Source: Basidiobolus meristosporus CBS 931.73 (Eukaryota > Fungi > Basidiobolomycota). Taken from it: a DNA stretch of 64,000 nucleotides. Position numbers and translations under genes: made by a program. Below, piece after piece: positions 11,227-23,975 of this stretch. The stretch lies in contig MCFE01000109.1 in NCBI GenBank assembly GCA_002104905.1, positions 1-64,000 of the forward strand, given 5' to 3'. Every line of letters begins with the position of its first letter. The stretch's first letter is position 1. The notes below the pieces were generated by a model. It was not told where the DNA came from. It searched no databases and worked only from the letters and a program-made list of their open reading frames with translations.

Positions 11227-11312
11227 ATCACTAGTCAGGTACATATAGGCAAAGTATCTTGGTGCAATGATCACTAGTCAGGTACATATAGGCAAAGTAT
11301 CTTGGTGCAATG
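11227..11312. repeat. Perfect 43-bp tandem duplication
   Basis: ATCACTAGTCAGGTACATATAGGCAAAGTATCTTGGTGCAATG twice. Confidence 0.95.
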
Positions 11313-11668
11313 AGCTGAGACAAATACTTTCAATCACAATTCAATGCCTGCTCATTTATGCGTATCAAGTCTAGTTGTGTGGCATCGAGAAAGAGAAATA
11401 AATTCGGAAATGTTTTAGATAAACAACATCTTTGACCACCATCGTGGCAAATGATTGTATTATTGAATAGATGTGCTGCTCATAGTAATTATAATGTATT
11501 TCCGTCAATCCCTCAGTTCTTTATTATTCCCGCAACTAGTAATTTGGCTCAGCCGGAGAGGCACCATCTTCCGTATGAGAATTTGTGGCCGGGGGAACAT
11601 CATCAGAATAAGGTTTTGGTTCAGGGATAGGAGTTGTTGGAGGTGAGGGAGGTGAGGAGCTGAGTGAT

Positions 11669-12106
11669 TTACAACATGGATCTCTGTTTTGCCTGGTCTG
11701 CCTGGTCTACCAGGTCTTCCTCGTTTCCTTGTCTCCCCCGCTTCCCCTGTCTTCCACGTGGACCACGTGGGCCACGCGGACCGCGTTTTCCAGCAGTTCC
11801 GTGACCGTGACCGTGACCGTGCCCATGCCCATGCTTCTTTCCTTTGCTACTCTTTCCCAGATTCAGAGGATTACCTTGAATAACGGGTACACTTCCTGCA
11901 ATGCTATGAGAACTGAAGAGAGCGGGGCCACCACCGTAGCGCTTTTCCAAGCGAACGGCTTCAGGGCCCGGTACCGCGGCTCCACCATCAGTAGTCCCCT
12001 GGCTGGCAACAGCAGTGCCACCATCTTCAACTTCCTGACTAGCAACAGGATTGTGTGTAAGAGCAATCGCAACACTGATCAACAGTAGGGATTTTATGAT
12101 GGACAT
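11669..12106 (-). CDS. Small secreted protein with kexin site, (HG)6 tract and short collagen-like Gly-X-Y run
   Basis: Signal peptide MSIIKSLLLISVAIA, LEKR site, HGHGHGHGHGHG, GTA-GKR-GPR-GPR-GPR-GRQ-GKR-GRQ-GNE; upstream TATA. Confidence 0.8.
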   Translation of the reverse strand: MSIIKSLLLISVAIALTHNPVASQEVEDGGTAVASQGTTDGGAAVPGPEAVRLEKRYGGGPALFSSHSIAGSVPVIQGNPLNLGKSSKGKKHGHGHGHGHGHGTAGKRGPRGPRGPRGRQGKRGRQGNEEDLVDQADQAKQRSML

Positions 12107-13109
12107 GGAGGGCAGACTGGTGAGGATATAGATGTTCCAATCACTTCTTTATATACTGATTATGAGTTGCTGCATGAATGTTGCAATTAGTTTGGCTGAT
12201 ACTTTCTATGCAGCCTAGAACCGAGCACCTGCACCAATGATTACTTTGGCATTCAAACACTGTGTATCATTTCCATCTCTGCACAGTTAGCGTAGCCCTG
12301 GAACCAGAATCACCCAATAATCTTCATTGCCCTGATGATTCCATGCTTGGCCAATTCCTTGGTTCGTTGTGGAAATAATGGCGACGATGTTTGATCAAGT
12401 GCTTTTACAATCCATGGTGTTTCATGAAATTACCGTATTTCTACTCAAGAACTTGGCAGGTAATGGCACTTCCTGATACTGCAAAGGCATCATAATCCAA
12501 TCGTTTTCAAGGCCTCATAGAAGTGAAGGCACAGCTAAGGATGGGTGAACCTTCCCAACAATGGCTGTTTTTACAAACAATTTCTACCTTTTCCTAAGCA
12601 TTGCCACAACACCTACACCCTAACCGCCATTATATCCATAAAAGAAGATATCCGCTATGAGAGATGTGTCTGTAGCACTAAAGAGGTATAATACTGCCCT
12701 GAATATTCCAAGCAATAATGAGCCAAAGTACCAGCTAATGTATCCTACCACTGGCATGATGATAAAAATTGTTGAGCCATATGGATATACACTATAAATT
12801 GGCAGGCACTATCCAACAGAACAACCTAGTACCCCATATCCATACGTCCACTTTTAGCAATTTTTTGTTCGCTCCTTTTAGCTAATTACTGACTACTCTA
12901 ATCTAACAGCTTACTTTTAGCTAATCTTTGATTAAATATCCACAAACGGAAAAATGGATGAAGCCAGATTTAGAATATACAGATGAATAACCAGCTAGAT
13001 GTAAGCAGCACGCATCGCAATAACACATTTGAAGTCTAATACGAATGTATAAACACAAATGAATTCTTTATTTTACAAATTATTTCCAGGATAATGTAGT
13101 AGTAAGGTT

Positions 13110-14670
13110 CTAGTTCTTTTGCTTAGCACCGCTCAACTCCTCTCCACCTCTATGTCTGGATGTCAATTCTTCGATACTCTTACCCTTGGTCTCACGCACG
13201 AAGAAGAGAATTCCAATGAATCCAACTACGCAACAGCCAGCGAAAATCAAGAAGATGTAACCATTGATGGCATCGGAGACGGCTGGGAAAATGAGACCGA
13301 TGACGAAGTTGGAAAGCCAGTTAATGGCAAGGGCGGTACTGGAGGTGGCTGAAACTGCATTGGTAGGCATCAGCTCCGTCATGATGAGGAAAGGTACTGG
13401 ACCAAGACCAACGGCAAAGAAGGCAACAAAAATGAAGACTAACAAAAAGGTTAATAACAAGTACCTGGCTGATATCAAAAGGAGCTACTTACTGGACGCT
13501 ACGGTTAATCCATGGTTGTTGACTTCCAGACCGACACACATGAGAATATTGAAAATTGCGGAGCCACCACTTGAGATAAGGAGCAAGAACTTTCTACCCG
13601 AACGATCAACGAGGACGACTGAGACAATGGTCATGAATACGTTGAGTCCCATGAGTCCCACAGTGACGTACTTGGCATTGTCATGGTAGATTTCTCCGAA
13701 GATAGAGGTACAGTAGTACATGATACCGTTGATACCGGACCATTGCTGGAGAGCACCAAGACCAATGCAGATGATGAAGGGGACTGTGCAGTGCTTATCC
13801 TTGATGATTTCCATGACACTCAGGTTTTTGGGAAGGTTCTTGGCCTCCTCACGAGCTTGCAGAATTTCTTGGAATTCAATTTCGATATCAGAGTTGCCTC
13901 TCAATTTCTGTAGTGACGCTTTAGCCTCTTCATTTTTACCCATCGAGACAAGGTAACGGGGGGTTTCAACACACATGGGCATAAGGATGGCTTGGACAAG
14001 ACCAAAGGCACCCACGAGGGCAACCAAAACTCTCCATCCGACTGAGGTAGCCATGCCCAGACTCATGCATTCAACCACCAGGATACCGATGACAGTGTTG
14101 AACTGATTGCAGGTACCGAAAGTACCACGGGTCTTGATGGGAGCCACTTCACCAATGTATGTGGGCAGGATGACAGCACCGTGACCGCAAGCAAACCCGA
14201 TCAAGAAACGACCGCAAATCCACATACCCGGATTAATGGACATACCCATCAAAAGACCACCCAGCACGAAGAAGAAGTTGTTTCCGATCATTGCAAGGCG
14301 ACGACCATACTTTTCCTGAGTGTAACCGGCCAACATACATCCGAAAGTACCACCAAGAGCCGAATTACCTACGGCGAAACCCCACAGCCAACTGCCCATA
14401 TCAAAGCAATGAGGGAATCTACCATCAAGTTTGATGTTATTTTCGGGGCAATTCCGGATGGAATCGGAAGCTAAATTGAAAGCAAGATGAATAAAACGCT
14501 TCCAAGGACACTTTCTTGGCTCACTTACTGATATTAGTGGAGGAAGTAGTGAAACCACTGGAGAACATCACAATGCAAGCCACCAGGGTACAAAAGAGGG
14601 CATATGGAGGATAACTGACGTTCCTCGAGTCATTAGCGTTTCGTCTTTCCTCAGACATATTGGAGTCCAT
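13110..14670 (-). CDS. MFS sugar porter (GLUT-like), 3 exons; introns 14471-14528 and 13439-13492
   Basis: Motifs EKYGRR, PTYIGEVAP, VETPRYL, QQWSGINGIMYY, DRSGRK, GLGPVPF, ETKGKSIEE. GT-AG introns restore the frame. Confidence 0.92.
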
Positions 14671-15876
14671 GCTTCAAGTACTTAGTAGAGGTTTTTCTAA
14701 AGTGGTTAGAAAGACTTTGTTGCTTGTCGGAATCAAGGTGCTCGACTGGCGACTTATATTCTACCTTGGACTCCGGAATCCTGGTATTTGAATACCCGAG
14801 CAACAATCAAGGTAAACATCCAACCCGTCTCGGTGATGAATTGGGCCAGGTTTTGGTCGGAGATCGAAATCGGGCACGCCTCTTTTTATCTTTTACTCTA
14901 TTAAGAACACATCTATCTTAAAATGCATAACTAGGCCCCTCTTCTGGCTTCCGAACCAGTGTGGCTTTAGGTTCAAGAAATAACCGACAAGGGTTTTATT
15001 ATACTTTCCAAGATACCAAAGTGATATGGTTTCATCTATATATAGTATACCCACTTATATGCATTCCATTTCCATTCCAAGCAAAGGATAGCACATGTGT
15101 GGATGCCACAAAAATTATCAATGTGAAAACGTGGGCTCGTGTGGCTTTTTATCTAGATTGAGGCACACTGTTTCACCCTGCTACTTATAGAAAAAGGCTA
15201 CTAAGAGCCTGCAGAGTCTAGAAGGGCGCTTTCCTCATGAGATGGATTCCTCTAGCCACACGATATGATCGCTAGTTATAGTAAACAGAGGACCCCGCTT
15301 GGAAAGTCCTGCCCACATTGATGAAACCGCTCTGACTGCTAAAAAAGTCCCAATTCTGATCGATGATATCCATACCAAAGCAAAAGAATTCCCAGATAGG
15401 ACAAAAGCAAATCAAGTTGAATGTATTGAATATGAACTTTGAAACATATCACCATGAGCCACTATAGGTCCACAAATAAAATGGCATTTCATACTAAACA
15501 ACTATGTACCGATAGCGTTAAATTCTAGACGTTACTACTAGTGATATATATGTATATATAGATAGTCAATTGCGCCGACTCCTCAGTACCAAACTGCGCA
15601 GACAAGATTTAATTATGATTGATTCTCCCAAAATAGGGTGTAACCTCGCTCGGAATGACTATCAAGGATACTAGAGGTCGTATAATTGGTTGGTACATTA
15701 CGTATTATAATATTGATTCCACAATTCTCAATTAAAGGCAATTCGCCTCACCTTCTATCTAGAATGACTCCCGCATTGGTTGAACATCCAAGGCTATGCA
15801 ACATTATTCACGAGGATTGCATAGTTCTAGGTAGTCTTACAAGGCATACAGCTCTGTTTAAAATCATGCGATTCAA

Positions 15877-16930
15877 CCCGAATGATTTAGGAGACACTGA
15901 AGCCAACCGAGAATATACCTGATTGCCTTCGAAATGATTGCAAATTCGTCAATACCGATGATATTCCCTTGAACCGGCCAAGCCAACTACTACTCCTATT
16001 CCGTAGCAAAGCCTTCTTCTTGGCGTCGTATGCATCGGCAGCTGGCACCAACACTTGGATACTCAGCCCATCTCACAGGTGACTATAAAGCTCAGGATTC
16101 CATCGAATGTGGACAGCAACATTCCAGCGCTGTATTACCCAGCTACACCCCATCGCAATGAAACTCACTCTCCTGTCTGCTGTGTTTGCCACCACTCTCA
16201 TGGCTGCCAATGCTGCACCCGTAGATAGCTCGCTCGGTCAGTTGTCGGCTCCGTGCAGGCAGTTTTTGCTCTCAGTTGTGACTGATGGCGAGCCGTGCCT
16301 ACCGCTCAGTCAGGTCTGGTCAGAGGCCACATCCGTAGATTGGACAAACTATGACACAAGCAACATCGATCAGCTTTCCCCACTCCTCAGCACCATGTGC
16401 ACTGCCCCACGATGCGACAAGTCAGTGACCGATGGGCTTGCCAGCAAGATTCAAACCGAATGCTCCCAAGACCTATCTCAAAAGACAATCACCGCCATCG
16501 ATTATGTACTCGAGAACTATGAGCCACTCATCGCCATTGGATGCACGCAAAACTCTCAGCAAGAATACTGCCTCCTGGTTGAAGGCGAGGAACTGCAGGA
16601 TAACAAGGATGCGGACCTGGCTGATGTGCCGGATGACAAGCTATGCACGGAATGTATTCAGAACTGGGTCAAGGTGTACGATGAATACGCAGCAAGCTAC
16701 ACTGACCTATTCTCCAACATGACCGATGTCCAGCTGGTCAAGCAGCGATGTGGCTACTAATCACACTTGGCACAACTGATGTCAAGCCATGACCACATTA
16801 TCATCATCATGCCAATCAGTATCTATACTCAACAACTGCCTCACACTACTGCCAGCACACCATTCTTCCATTAAACCTTACCAATTGAATGACCTACACT
16901 TGTTGCACTTTGGAACACTTGGAATATATT
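15877..16930 (+). repeat. About 1.05-kb direct repeat, copy 1 (copy 2 at about 19848-20900)
   Basis: Near-identical sequence offset by 3971 bp, including promoter, CDS and 3' flank; boundaries approximate. Confidence 0.92.
16158..16760 (+). CDS. Secreted Cys-rich protein (200 aa, 10 Cys), copy 1
   Basis: Signal peptide MKLTLLSAVFATTLMAANA, TATAAAG at about 16085, intronless ORF. Confidence 0.85.
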   Translation: MKLTLLSAVFATTLMAANAAPVDSSLGQLSAPCRQFLLSVVTDGEPCLPLSQVWSEATSVDWTNYDTSNIDQLSPLLSTMCTAPRCDKSVTDGLASKIQTECSQDLSQKTITAIDYVLENYEPLIAIGCTQNSQQEYCLLVEGEELQDNKDADLADVPDDKLCTECIQNWVKVYDEYAASYTDLFSNMTDVQLVKQRCGY

Positions 16931-17699
16931 CCTTTATCATTATCAACATCCATTTTTCACAAAGCTTCCTTTGTAAAATCTACTAACTGATTAGTTGGCC
17001 ATTCTTCATCCCCTAAAACACATGAGATATATAAATCTATCATTCTTAAAGCGTTTGCTTCATGATTGTTGGCATCGACTAAAAAACGCACTCCATTTGC
17101 GTTAGTACACATGACTTGCTCCTATTGCAAATGACTAGTATTGCAAGATTCTAGAATATTAAGAAAAATTTCTTGCAAAACTAGATTTTCAAGTATTCAA
17201 GGGCCACTAGTATTACTCGCACCTTTAAGGTATCGTTCGCAAAGCAGCCAAGGTTTTCTCATGATGTTGGAATGGATAATCGGCGCTTTCGGTCCAAAGG
17301 TGCGTGGTAAACAGCGAAAGGCTGTATATTTCACTGCTGCAATGAATTTGGATTACTGACAATTTAACACATGATCGATTTGTTTCAATTCAGATCGTAT
17401 CATTAATTTGTTACTCCAAAATGTGGAAACATCGAGAGGTTAGAAATCATCTAAATTTACTTGAATCTTCTAACAGCAGGTTGGTTTTACGAAGTTCCAT
17501 ATGGATTTCACTCTACAAACTTTTAAGTGAAAACCATTTTTAATTCTAATCAATAATCTCGTATACGTGCTACAGTGCTATCCTGGCATCAGCACTCTTT
17601 AGGGGCTAATCCTAGCCCTGAGCTGAACGAGTACCCGTTTATTGAGAGTATCAAGATGTAGTCGTTTGAACACCGCTTTGTGGATGGAAAAAGTCACTA

Positions 17700-18593
17700 T
17701 TAAGCAACAGTTATCTGAAGCTTCTCAATATATTCATGAACTGTGGCAGGTTTGAGGCCTGGGAATCCCGCGATGTCGTTGATCTTTTGATGGCTATACC
17801 CGGAGCTAAGAAATCGCTTCAATTCTTCAATAAATGCCGCATACTTGCTTGGGAAGGTAGTCTGGTTGACCGTGGCAATTGCCTCCTCGACTGATTGGTA
17901 AGAAACCCTGAGTTTCGTGTTATGTGTTCTCTCAATGTCAGCCACCACCTCATTCAAGCTCTTGGTGTCCGCGGCAAAGTTCACCTCTTTGTTTCTAGTA
18001 TCCGGGTTGGCAAGAACAGCTGCAACATACTCCCCCACATCGTGACGATTCGACCAGGACACTAATGCATTACCATCCCCCACGAGGGTCACACACTTGT
18101 TGGCAAGATCGAAACCAAGCTCAGGGATGAGTGTGGTGTCGGTAAAGATCCCAGCGTTAACGAATGTCCAAGAAATGGTGTCTTGATGGTTGATCAACTT
18201 CTCTCGAATATCGTTTTTGGGGGCCAACTCAAAGTCGTATAGGATTTGGAACTCGGACTCGATGTCCCCAAGACTGCGAAGATCGACTCCGTACTCTGAG
18301 GGTAGAAATCGCTTAACACCAGCCTCAATTGCAGCATCGATCAGTTGGAGTTGTCCATCAAGGATGGCAGCCCCTGAGATTGCAGAGACAACCGCATCGA
18401 TCCCTCGAAGTACCTCCACCAGACTAGCATGGCTATGGTAATCAACAATCACTGTTTTGGCCCCTGGTATGCTGGTGCCTTCACTTCTGGTTAGAACGGT
18501 CACTCGATAATTGTTACGGATAAGGGCCTCGGTAATGAACCTCCCAATGCCGCCGTTTCCACCAGCGACTGCAACTGTAGTTATTTGACTCAT
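17700..18593 (-). CDS. NmrA-like / isoflavone-reductase-like NADP-dependent oxidoreductase (atypical SDR)
   Basis: Rossmann motif VAGGNGGIGRF, LRGIDAVVS, AGVKRFLPSEYG; intronless 297 aa. Confidence 0.92.
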   Translation of the reverse strand: MSQITTVAVAGGNGGIGRFITEALIRNNYRVTVLTRSEGTSIPGAKTVIVDYHSHASLVEVLRGIDAVVSAISGAAILDGQLQLIDAAIEAGVKRFLPSEYGVDLRSLGDIESEFQILYDFELAPKNDIREKLINHQDTISWTFVNAGIFTDTTLIPELGFDLANKCVTLVGDGNALVSWSNRHDVGEYVAAVLANPDTRNKEVNFAADTKSLNEVVADIERTHNTKLRVSYQSVEEAIATVNQTTFPSKYAAFIEELKRFLSSGYSHQKINDIAGFPGLKPATVHEYIEKLQITVA

Positions 18594-19847
18594 GACACTT
18601 GATTGTCTAGTATGCTTTTCATGAACGGCTTATATAGGTCTGAAGAGTGATTGATTAGTCATCTTAGCCAATCTTCTGGCAATCTTGGCGGGAAAAGTGA
18701 TTCATCCACTGCATGAAGCATGAATTAGCAGTAGAGTTAAATTATTCATTTGTCGGATATATGATAAATAGAATCTATGATCCTCTTATCTGAGATGGTT
18801 TCTATGTTATATATACCTTTTTGCTCTACTAAATCAACAGGATCCCTGGAACAACCTGAGAGGAGGATATCGTATGGTAATGGCGATGGATTGAGAGATG
18901 TGAAATACGTGGATAAGCCAGACCACTGTGGATTTGTAAGTGATTTAACGAACGTGTGGATGTTCGAGTAAATATATGGTATCCTCTTACTGAGCCATTT
19001 ACAGTTGTAACCAATATCTTCAAATCACTGCGATTAGATTGTTGTACCAAATCTGCCTAGTATTTGGTGTGTTGGGCAGTATTAGGCATCACGTGAGGAT
19101 GTTATCGATGATATAGGGGCAGGTTAATCCTGTTAGTTGTGTAGTTAATCAAGAGATTACTTTGCAGACTGTGTGGCAAGTATCGGAGACTATTATCTCC
19201 TAAGGTCATTAATGTTATATTCAAAACCGAAAATATCTCTACTCATCCCACCTTGATGAGATCATATTTGAAACGAGCGGATGGTAGGCTACATATGGTA
19301 TACTTACGTATACACAACAAAACACGAATTTTAGCCGTTAAAGGGGTCTCACAGTTATTACATTACTCTATCTATAACCATATGATCACATTCATAGATT
19401 ATAAACTGCTAGCCAGCTCAACTTTGAGCAATGCGCTCCAAATGCACTATACATATTGATAACTTATTTTGTATTGTCTTTAATATTGGTAGTGTATTGC
19501 TACGTCGAATAATAACAGAAGTGAACGATATATCTATGTATCAGACAAGATGCTTTCATTGGTACAATTGATACTACGGAACACAATCCCAGTCTCGTGG
19601 TGGGAATCTAATAGTTGTCATTTTGTGGTCTAATCCACCCCCCCCCATCAAATCACCAATGTACTAGCAATTTAAGGAATTAGTGGAAACCAGCCACATG
19701 TCAAATACTGAACCTAGCCCTTCCTCAATCAGTCACATTTTCATCAGGAATGGCTCTTACTAATTGCATGCACTTGGAAAACTAAATAGTTAAGGACAGA
19801 CGGTAGCCTTACAAAATATTTGCCTCCATTTAAATCATGTAATTTAA

Positions 19848-20900
19848 CCCGGATGATTTAGGAGATACTGAAGCCAACCGAGAATATACCTGATTGCCTT
19901 CGAAATGATTGCAAATTCGTACGATACCGATGATATTCCCTTGAACCGGCCAAGCCAACTACTACTCCTATTCCGTAGCAAAGCCTTCTTCTTGGCGTCG
20001 TATGCATCGGCAGCTGGCACCAACACTTGGATACTCAGCCCATCTCACGGTGACTATAAAGCTCAGGATTCCATCGAATGTGGACAGCAACATTCCAGCG
20101 CTGTATTACCCAGCTACACCCCATCGCAATGAAACTCACTCTCCTGTCTGCTGTGTTTGCCACCACTCTCATGGCTGCCAATGCTGCACCCGTAGATAGC
20201 TCGCTCGGTCAGTTGTCGGCTCCGTGCAGGCAGTTTTTGCTCTCAGTTGTGACTGATGGCGAGCCGTGCCTACCGCTCAGTCAGGTCTGGTCAGAGGCCA
20301 CATCCGTAGATTGGACAAACTATGACACAAGCAACATCGATCAGCTTTCCCCACTCCTCAGCACCATGTGCACTGCCCCACGATGCGACAAGTCAGTGAC
20401 CGATGGGCTTGCCAGCAAGATTCAAACCGAATGCTCCCAAGACCTATCTCAAAAGACAATCACCGCCATCGATTATGTACTCGAGAACTATGAGCCACTC
20501 ATCGCCATTGGATGCACGCAAAACTCTCAGCAAGAATACTGCCTCCTGGTTGAAGGCGAGGAACTGCAGGATAACAAGGATGCGGACCTGGCTGATGTGC
20601 CGGATGACAAGCTATGCACGGAATGTGTTCAGAACTGGGTCAAGGTGTACGATGAATACTCAGCAAGCTACACTGACCTATTCTCCAACATGACCGATGT
20701 CCAGCTGGTCAAGCAGCGATGTGGCTACTAATCACACTTGGCACAACTGATGTCAAGCCATGACCACATTATCATCATCATGCCAATCAGTATCTATACT
20801 CAACAACTGCCTCACACTACTGCCAGCACACCATTCTTCCATTAAACCTTACCAATTGAATGACCTACATTTGTTGCACTTTGGAGCACTTGAAATATAT
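19848..20900 (+). repeat. About 1.05-kb direct repeat, copy 2
   Basis: Matches 15877-16930; boundaries approximate. Confidence 0.92.
20129..20731 (+). CDS. Secreted Cys-rich protein (200 aa, 10 Cys), copy 2
   Basis: Differs from copy 1 at two residues (CTECI/VQ, EYA/SAS). Confidence 0.85.
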   Translation: MKLTLLSAVFATTLMAANAAPVDSSLGQLSAPCRQFLLSVVTDGEPCLPLSQVWSEATSVDWTNYDTSNIDQLSPLLSTMCTAPRCDKSVTDGLASKIQTECSQDLSQKTITAIDYVLENYEPLIAIGCTQNSQQEYCLLVEGEELQDNKDADLADVPDDKLCTECVQNWVKVYDEYSASYTDLFSNMTDVQLVKQRCGY

Positions 20901-22457
20901 ACCTTTATTGATGTTAAAATTTTGTACTTCTTGTTAGTGGGTATATACCACAAGACTGCAAGGTAGTTTCAATGACGCTTACGTACCTTTTATTTGACAA
21001 ATCTATTTTGAGCACCTTGCTCTATCCTTGCAATGTCAAGTCATTTCCAAGTGCCCAGACTCTTTTCTTCAGCCCATTGACATTTTAGTGCTGAGTTAAG
21101 GGTATAGTGCAACAACCCGAATGAGTTACATGCGTCGTACCCCCCCCCATTGTGGCTTATTCAGAACTTTGCTAAATTCCCCATACATCACCAATTTTAA
21201 CTTGTTAGGGCTTTGTAAGGATTTCCCTGTAAAGTGTCTGTTGCTAATTTTCAACACTGCAAATAACAAAAGATGTAAATTTTCATATTGGTCGAAAGAG
21301 CTTGGATCGTTGTAATCAACCTTTTATATCGGCCTAGTGTTGATATAGTACTTAACATCTCGAGCATCCTTAGGTATAACATCATGATGTTGACGCGAAC
21401 AGCATTTTTATTTATGTGACTGATTCAACAGCTCACCAGATTTTCTCAAGGTCGATTGCTACTCGCCCCATTTAAACAACTTCGTAATACTGCACTTGTA
21501 ATACGCAATCATTAAGTAGCCTGCACCCTGACTAGTATATCGTATGGAACTTATTGGTTGTATGCTCGACTCGTAACAGCACCCGGAATTGGGCCTTGGT
21601 AACTAACACTTGAATTACAATATAAATACTAATAATTAATAGATATTCCGAAGCTGTCAAGTATATGTAAATGTAAAACAATGCATCTGAACACATCAAA
21701 TTGATAAGTGATATCACATCCACACACGAGCTTCTCTTGATCTCTCCACCAGATTAGATTTGAATGATATTTGGTGCATAAAACCTCAACGAATTATAAC
21801 TATATACAAGGCTTATATAATTCTTGTTGCCTTGAAACCAGGTGTAACAGGATGTCTACATGGTTAAGAATATAAAAAGGCTGGAATGCCTGAATTGAAC
21901 AGGAGTGAGCTTGTGTATAAACACATCACGTGGCATTACATGCTCATCACCACTGACATTCCGCAGATGTGACACCCGAATCCACCTGTAGCTTTTGGGA
22001 ATTGTTTGTGTGATTTGAACGAACTGGATTCATTCAGAAATCAAGAAATTGCCTAATTGCCTTCAGAATGAAAAATAACATCAAATCGAAGATCAGATTG
22101 TTGAGCTTGACTTTTGCTTTTTAAGATCATCACAAGGCTAGGTTGAGAAACACTGGTCACTGCTCTGTATTATTTAAGTAGAATATTCAGTTATGGGATT
22201 CTATTTATTTGATGCATTGGTCATACCATTGAGGAAGAACCTGACGGCTGATCTAGCCTATGCCAAATCTGGAATGAGACCTGGGTTAGGGTTGGGAATA
22301 CCCCTCGGAATAATGCCGATCTGTGCGGAATGATTGTCGACATGGAATGAATTAGTAAGAGGCAGACGGATGTTTATTTATATATTTACACGAGATTGCG
22401 ACAGTTACGTTGAATGTGCTAGCTTCCGGAGCTATGCTATAACATGCCGGAGCAATG

Positions 22458-23423
22458 CTAGACTACGAAACAAGAGGAATAGTCAGGCGGGCAGTCGAGT
22501 TTTACTGCGTAATAGCTGGGCAATTGGTCCATACCATTCAGGGCCTCCGGTGTGGAGCTATTGCTGGTGTTAGAGACAATATAGATCGGAAGAATCGACA
22601 GAATACTTCGGAGTTCACCATCAAGCTCAACTTGAATCCTGGCATATAGTATGTGATAGACTTTCATGTAGGGTGTTGTACAATGGAGATGGACTTCCTT
22701 TGGGGATTTTGGAATGGGAATACTGAGAAAGCTACTGTCCGAATTGCTCTCGATGGCTTTCGCACTGGTTTGCAGATGGCTTCTAACCACATCCCCTTCA
22801 GTGACGATATTTTTGTGGATCTTTTTGTACTCAGTTTTCTCGTCTAATCCTGCCCACACGCCCAACAGTCTGCACTTGCTACTAAGTAGGCGATGTTTGA
22901 AATAGATAGGGATACTGTCGCCAGGCGTGTATTCTGGACAGGGGATGATGATTTCGTAATCCACCAAATCGTTCCATGTGGCTTCTAGATGGGTATTGTA
23001 AGACATACATGCGAGGGGGTCGATGTCTCTACAAATATAGACGTCCTTTTGGGCGGTGATCTTGGGCCAGAAAAGCGAAGTCTCCATCGCTGCTTTCAAG
23101 CTGTACTGGATCTTTCCATAGCTTGCAGTGGCAGTCTCGGGGAGGTCGGCAGGAAGGGGAAACTCGAATGCGAATGTATGTTGTCCGGAGGCTTCCTCCA
23201 GGGAAAAGTGCCGCTTCTGTTCGAAAAGCACCTTGCGTGTAGCTTGTAGACCTCTGTTCAGTACGAATTCCCCACGAAAGGTTAATGAGATGTGCCGAGC
23301 ACCCAAGGAGGATGAAGAGACGAGGAGTACTTTCCCCCGGAGGAGGAACAGGGAGTTGGTGTCATCGTAGACACTCTTGTGGAATGTGTCTTGTTCTAGT
23401 TGAATCTCAAATCTTGGGCTCAT
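22458..23423 (-). CDS. Alpha-arrestin (arrestin-N/C) with C-terminal PY motifs
   Basis: FAFEFPLPADLPETATASYGKIQYSLKA arrestin-N signature; LPSY and PPDY Rsp5/Nedd4-binding motifs. Start chosen at MSPRFEIQL. Confidence 0.85.
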   Translation of the reverse strand: MSPRFEIQLEQDTFHKSVYDDTNSLFLLRGKVLLVSSSSLGARHISLTFRGEFVLNRGLQATRKVLFEQKRHFSLEEASGQHTFAFEFPLPADLPETATASYGKIQYSLKAAMETSLFWPKITAQKDVYICRDIDPLACMSYNTHLEATWNDLVDYEIIIPCPEYTPGDSIPIYFKHRLLSSKCRLLGVWAGLDEKTEYKKIHKNIVTEGDVVRSHLQTSAKAIESNSDSSFLSIPIPKSPKEVHLHCTTPYMKVYHILYARIQVELDGELRSILSILPIYIVSNTSNSSTPEALNGMDQLPSYYAVKLDCPPDYSSCFVV

Positions 23424-23975
23424 TGGTGAAAAGTACGACGAGGAAACAGCAACCTGGGGATTTTTATAGGCTTGGTTGATGGGAAAAGCAGTCCCGACGG
23501 GCCAGCATTCAGGCAGGTGTATGATGAAATGCCACGCAGGAACTGCCAAATGGAGATTAGCGGAACGGATAGCTAAATCATTAGGTCGGTCTCACTGTGC
23601 ACGACAAGGACGGAGCGATCTCAATCCTAAACACATTTCCGGATTTGGACACGATAACGACCAAACCCAAATTCGGTTAAGAGTGAAGTTGTTCTATCCA
23701 GTGGCACTCCGCATGTGCCAATCCCATCAACATCCCTCAACATCCCTCGACCAAGGTTCAGCTATCGCCGCTCAGTTATGGTTTGATGAATGTTGTAGGG
23801 GAAGTGCATATCATACTCAGTTTAATTGGAAACAGAGGTGTAATTCAGGCTGAGTTCCAGTAATTTCAGGCTCCAATCTGGATAGAGAAATCAACATTCA
23901 TACACTTCACAACTATAAAAAAGATCCGCCCCTCCTGCTGGGCGCCAAATCTCTTTCCCTCGTTGATTCCTAACT

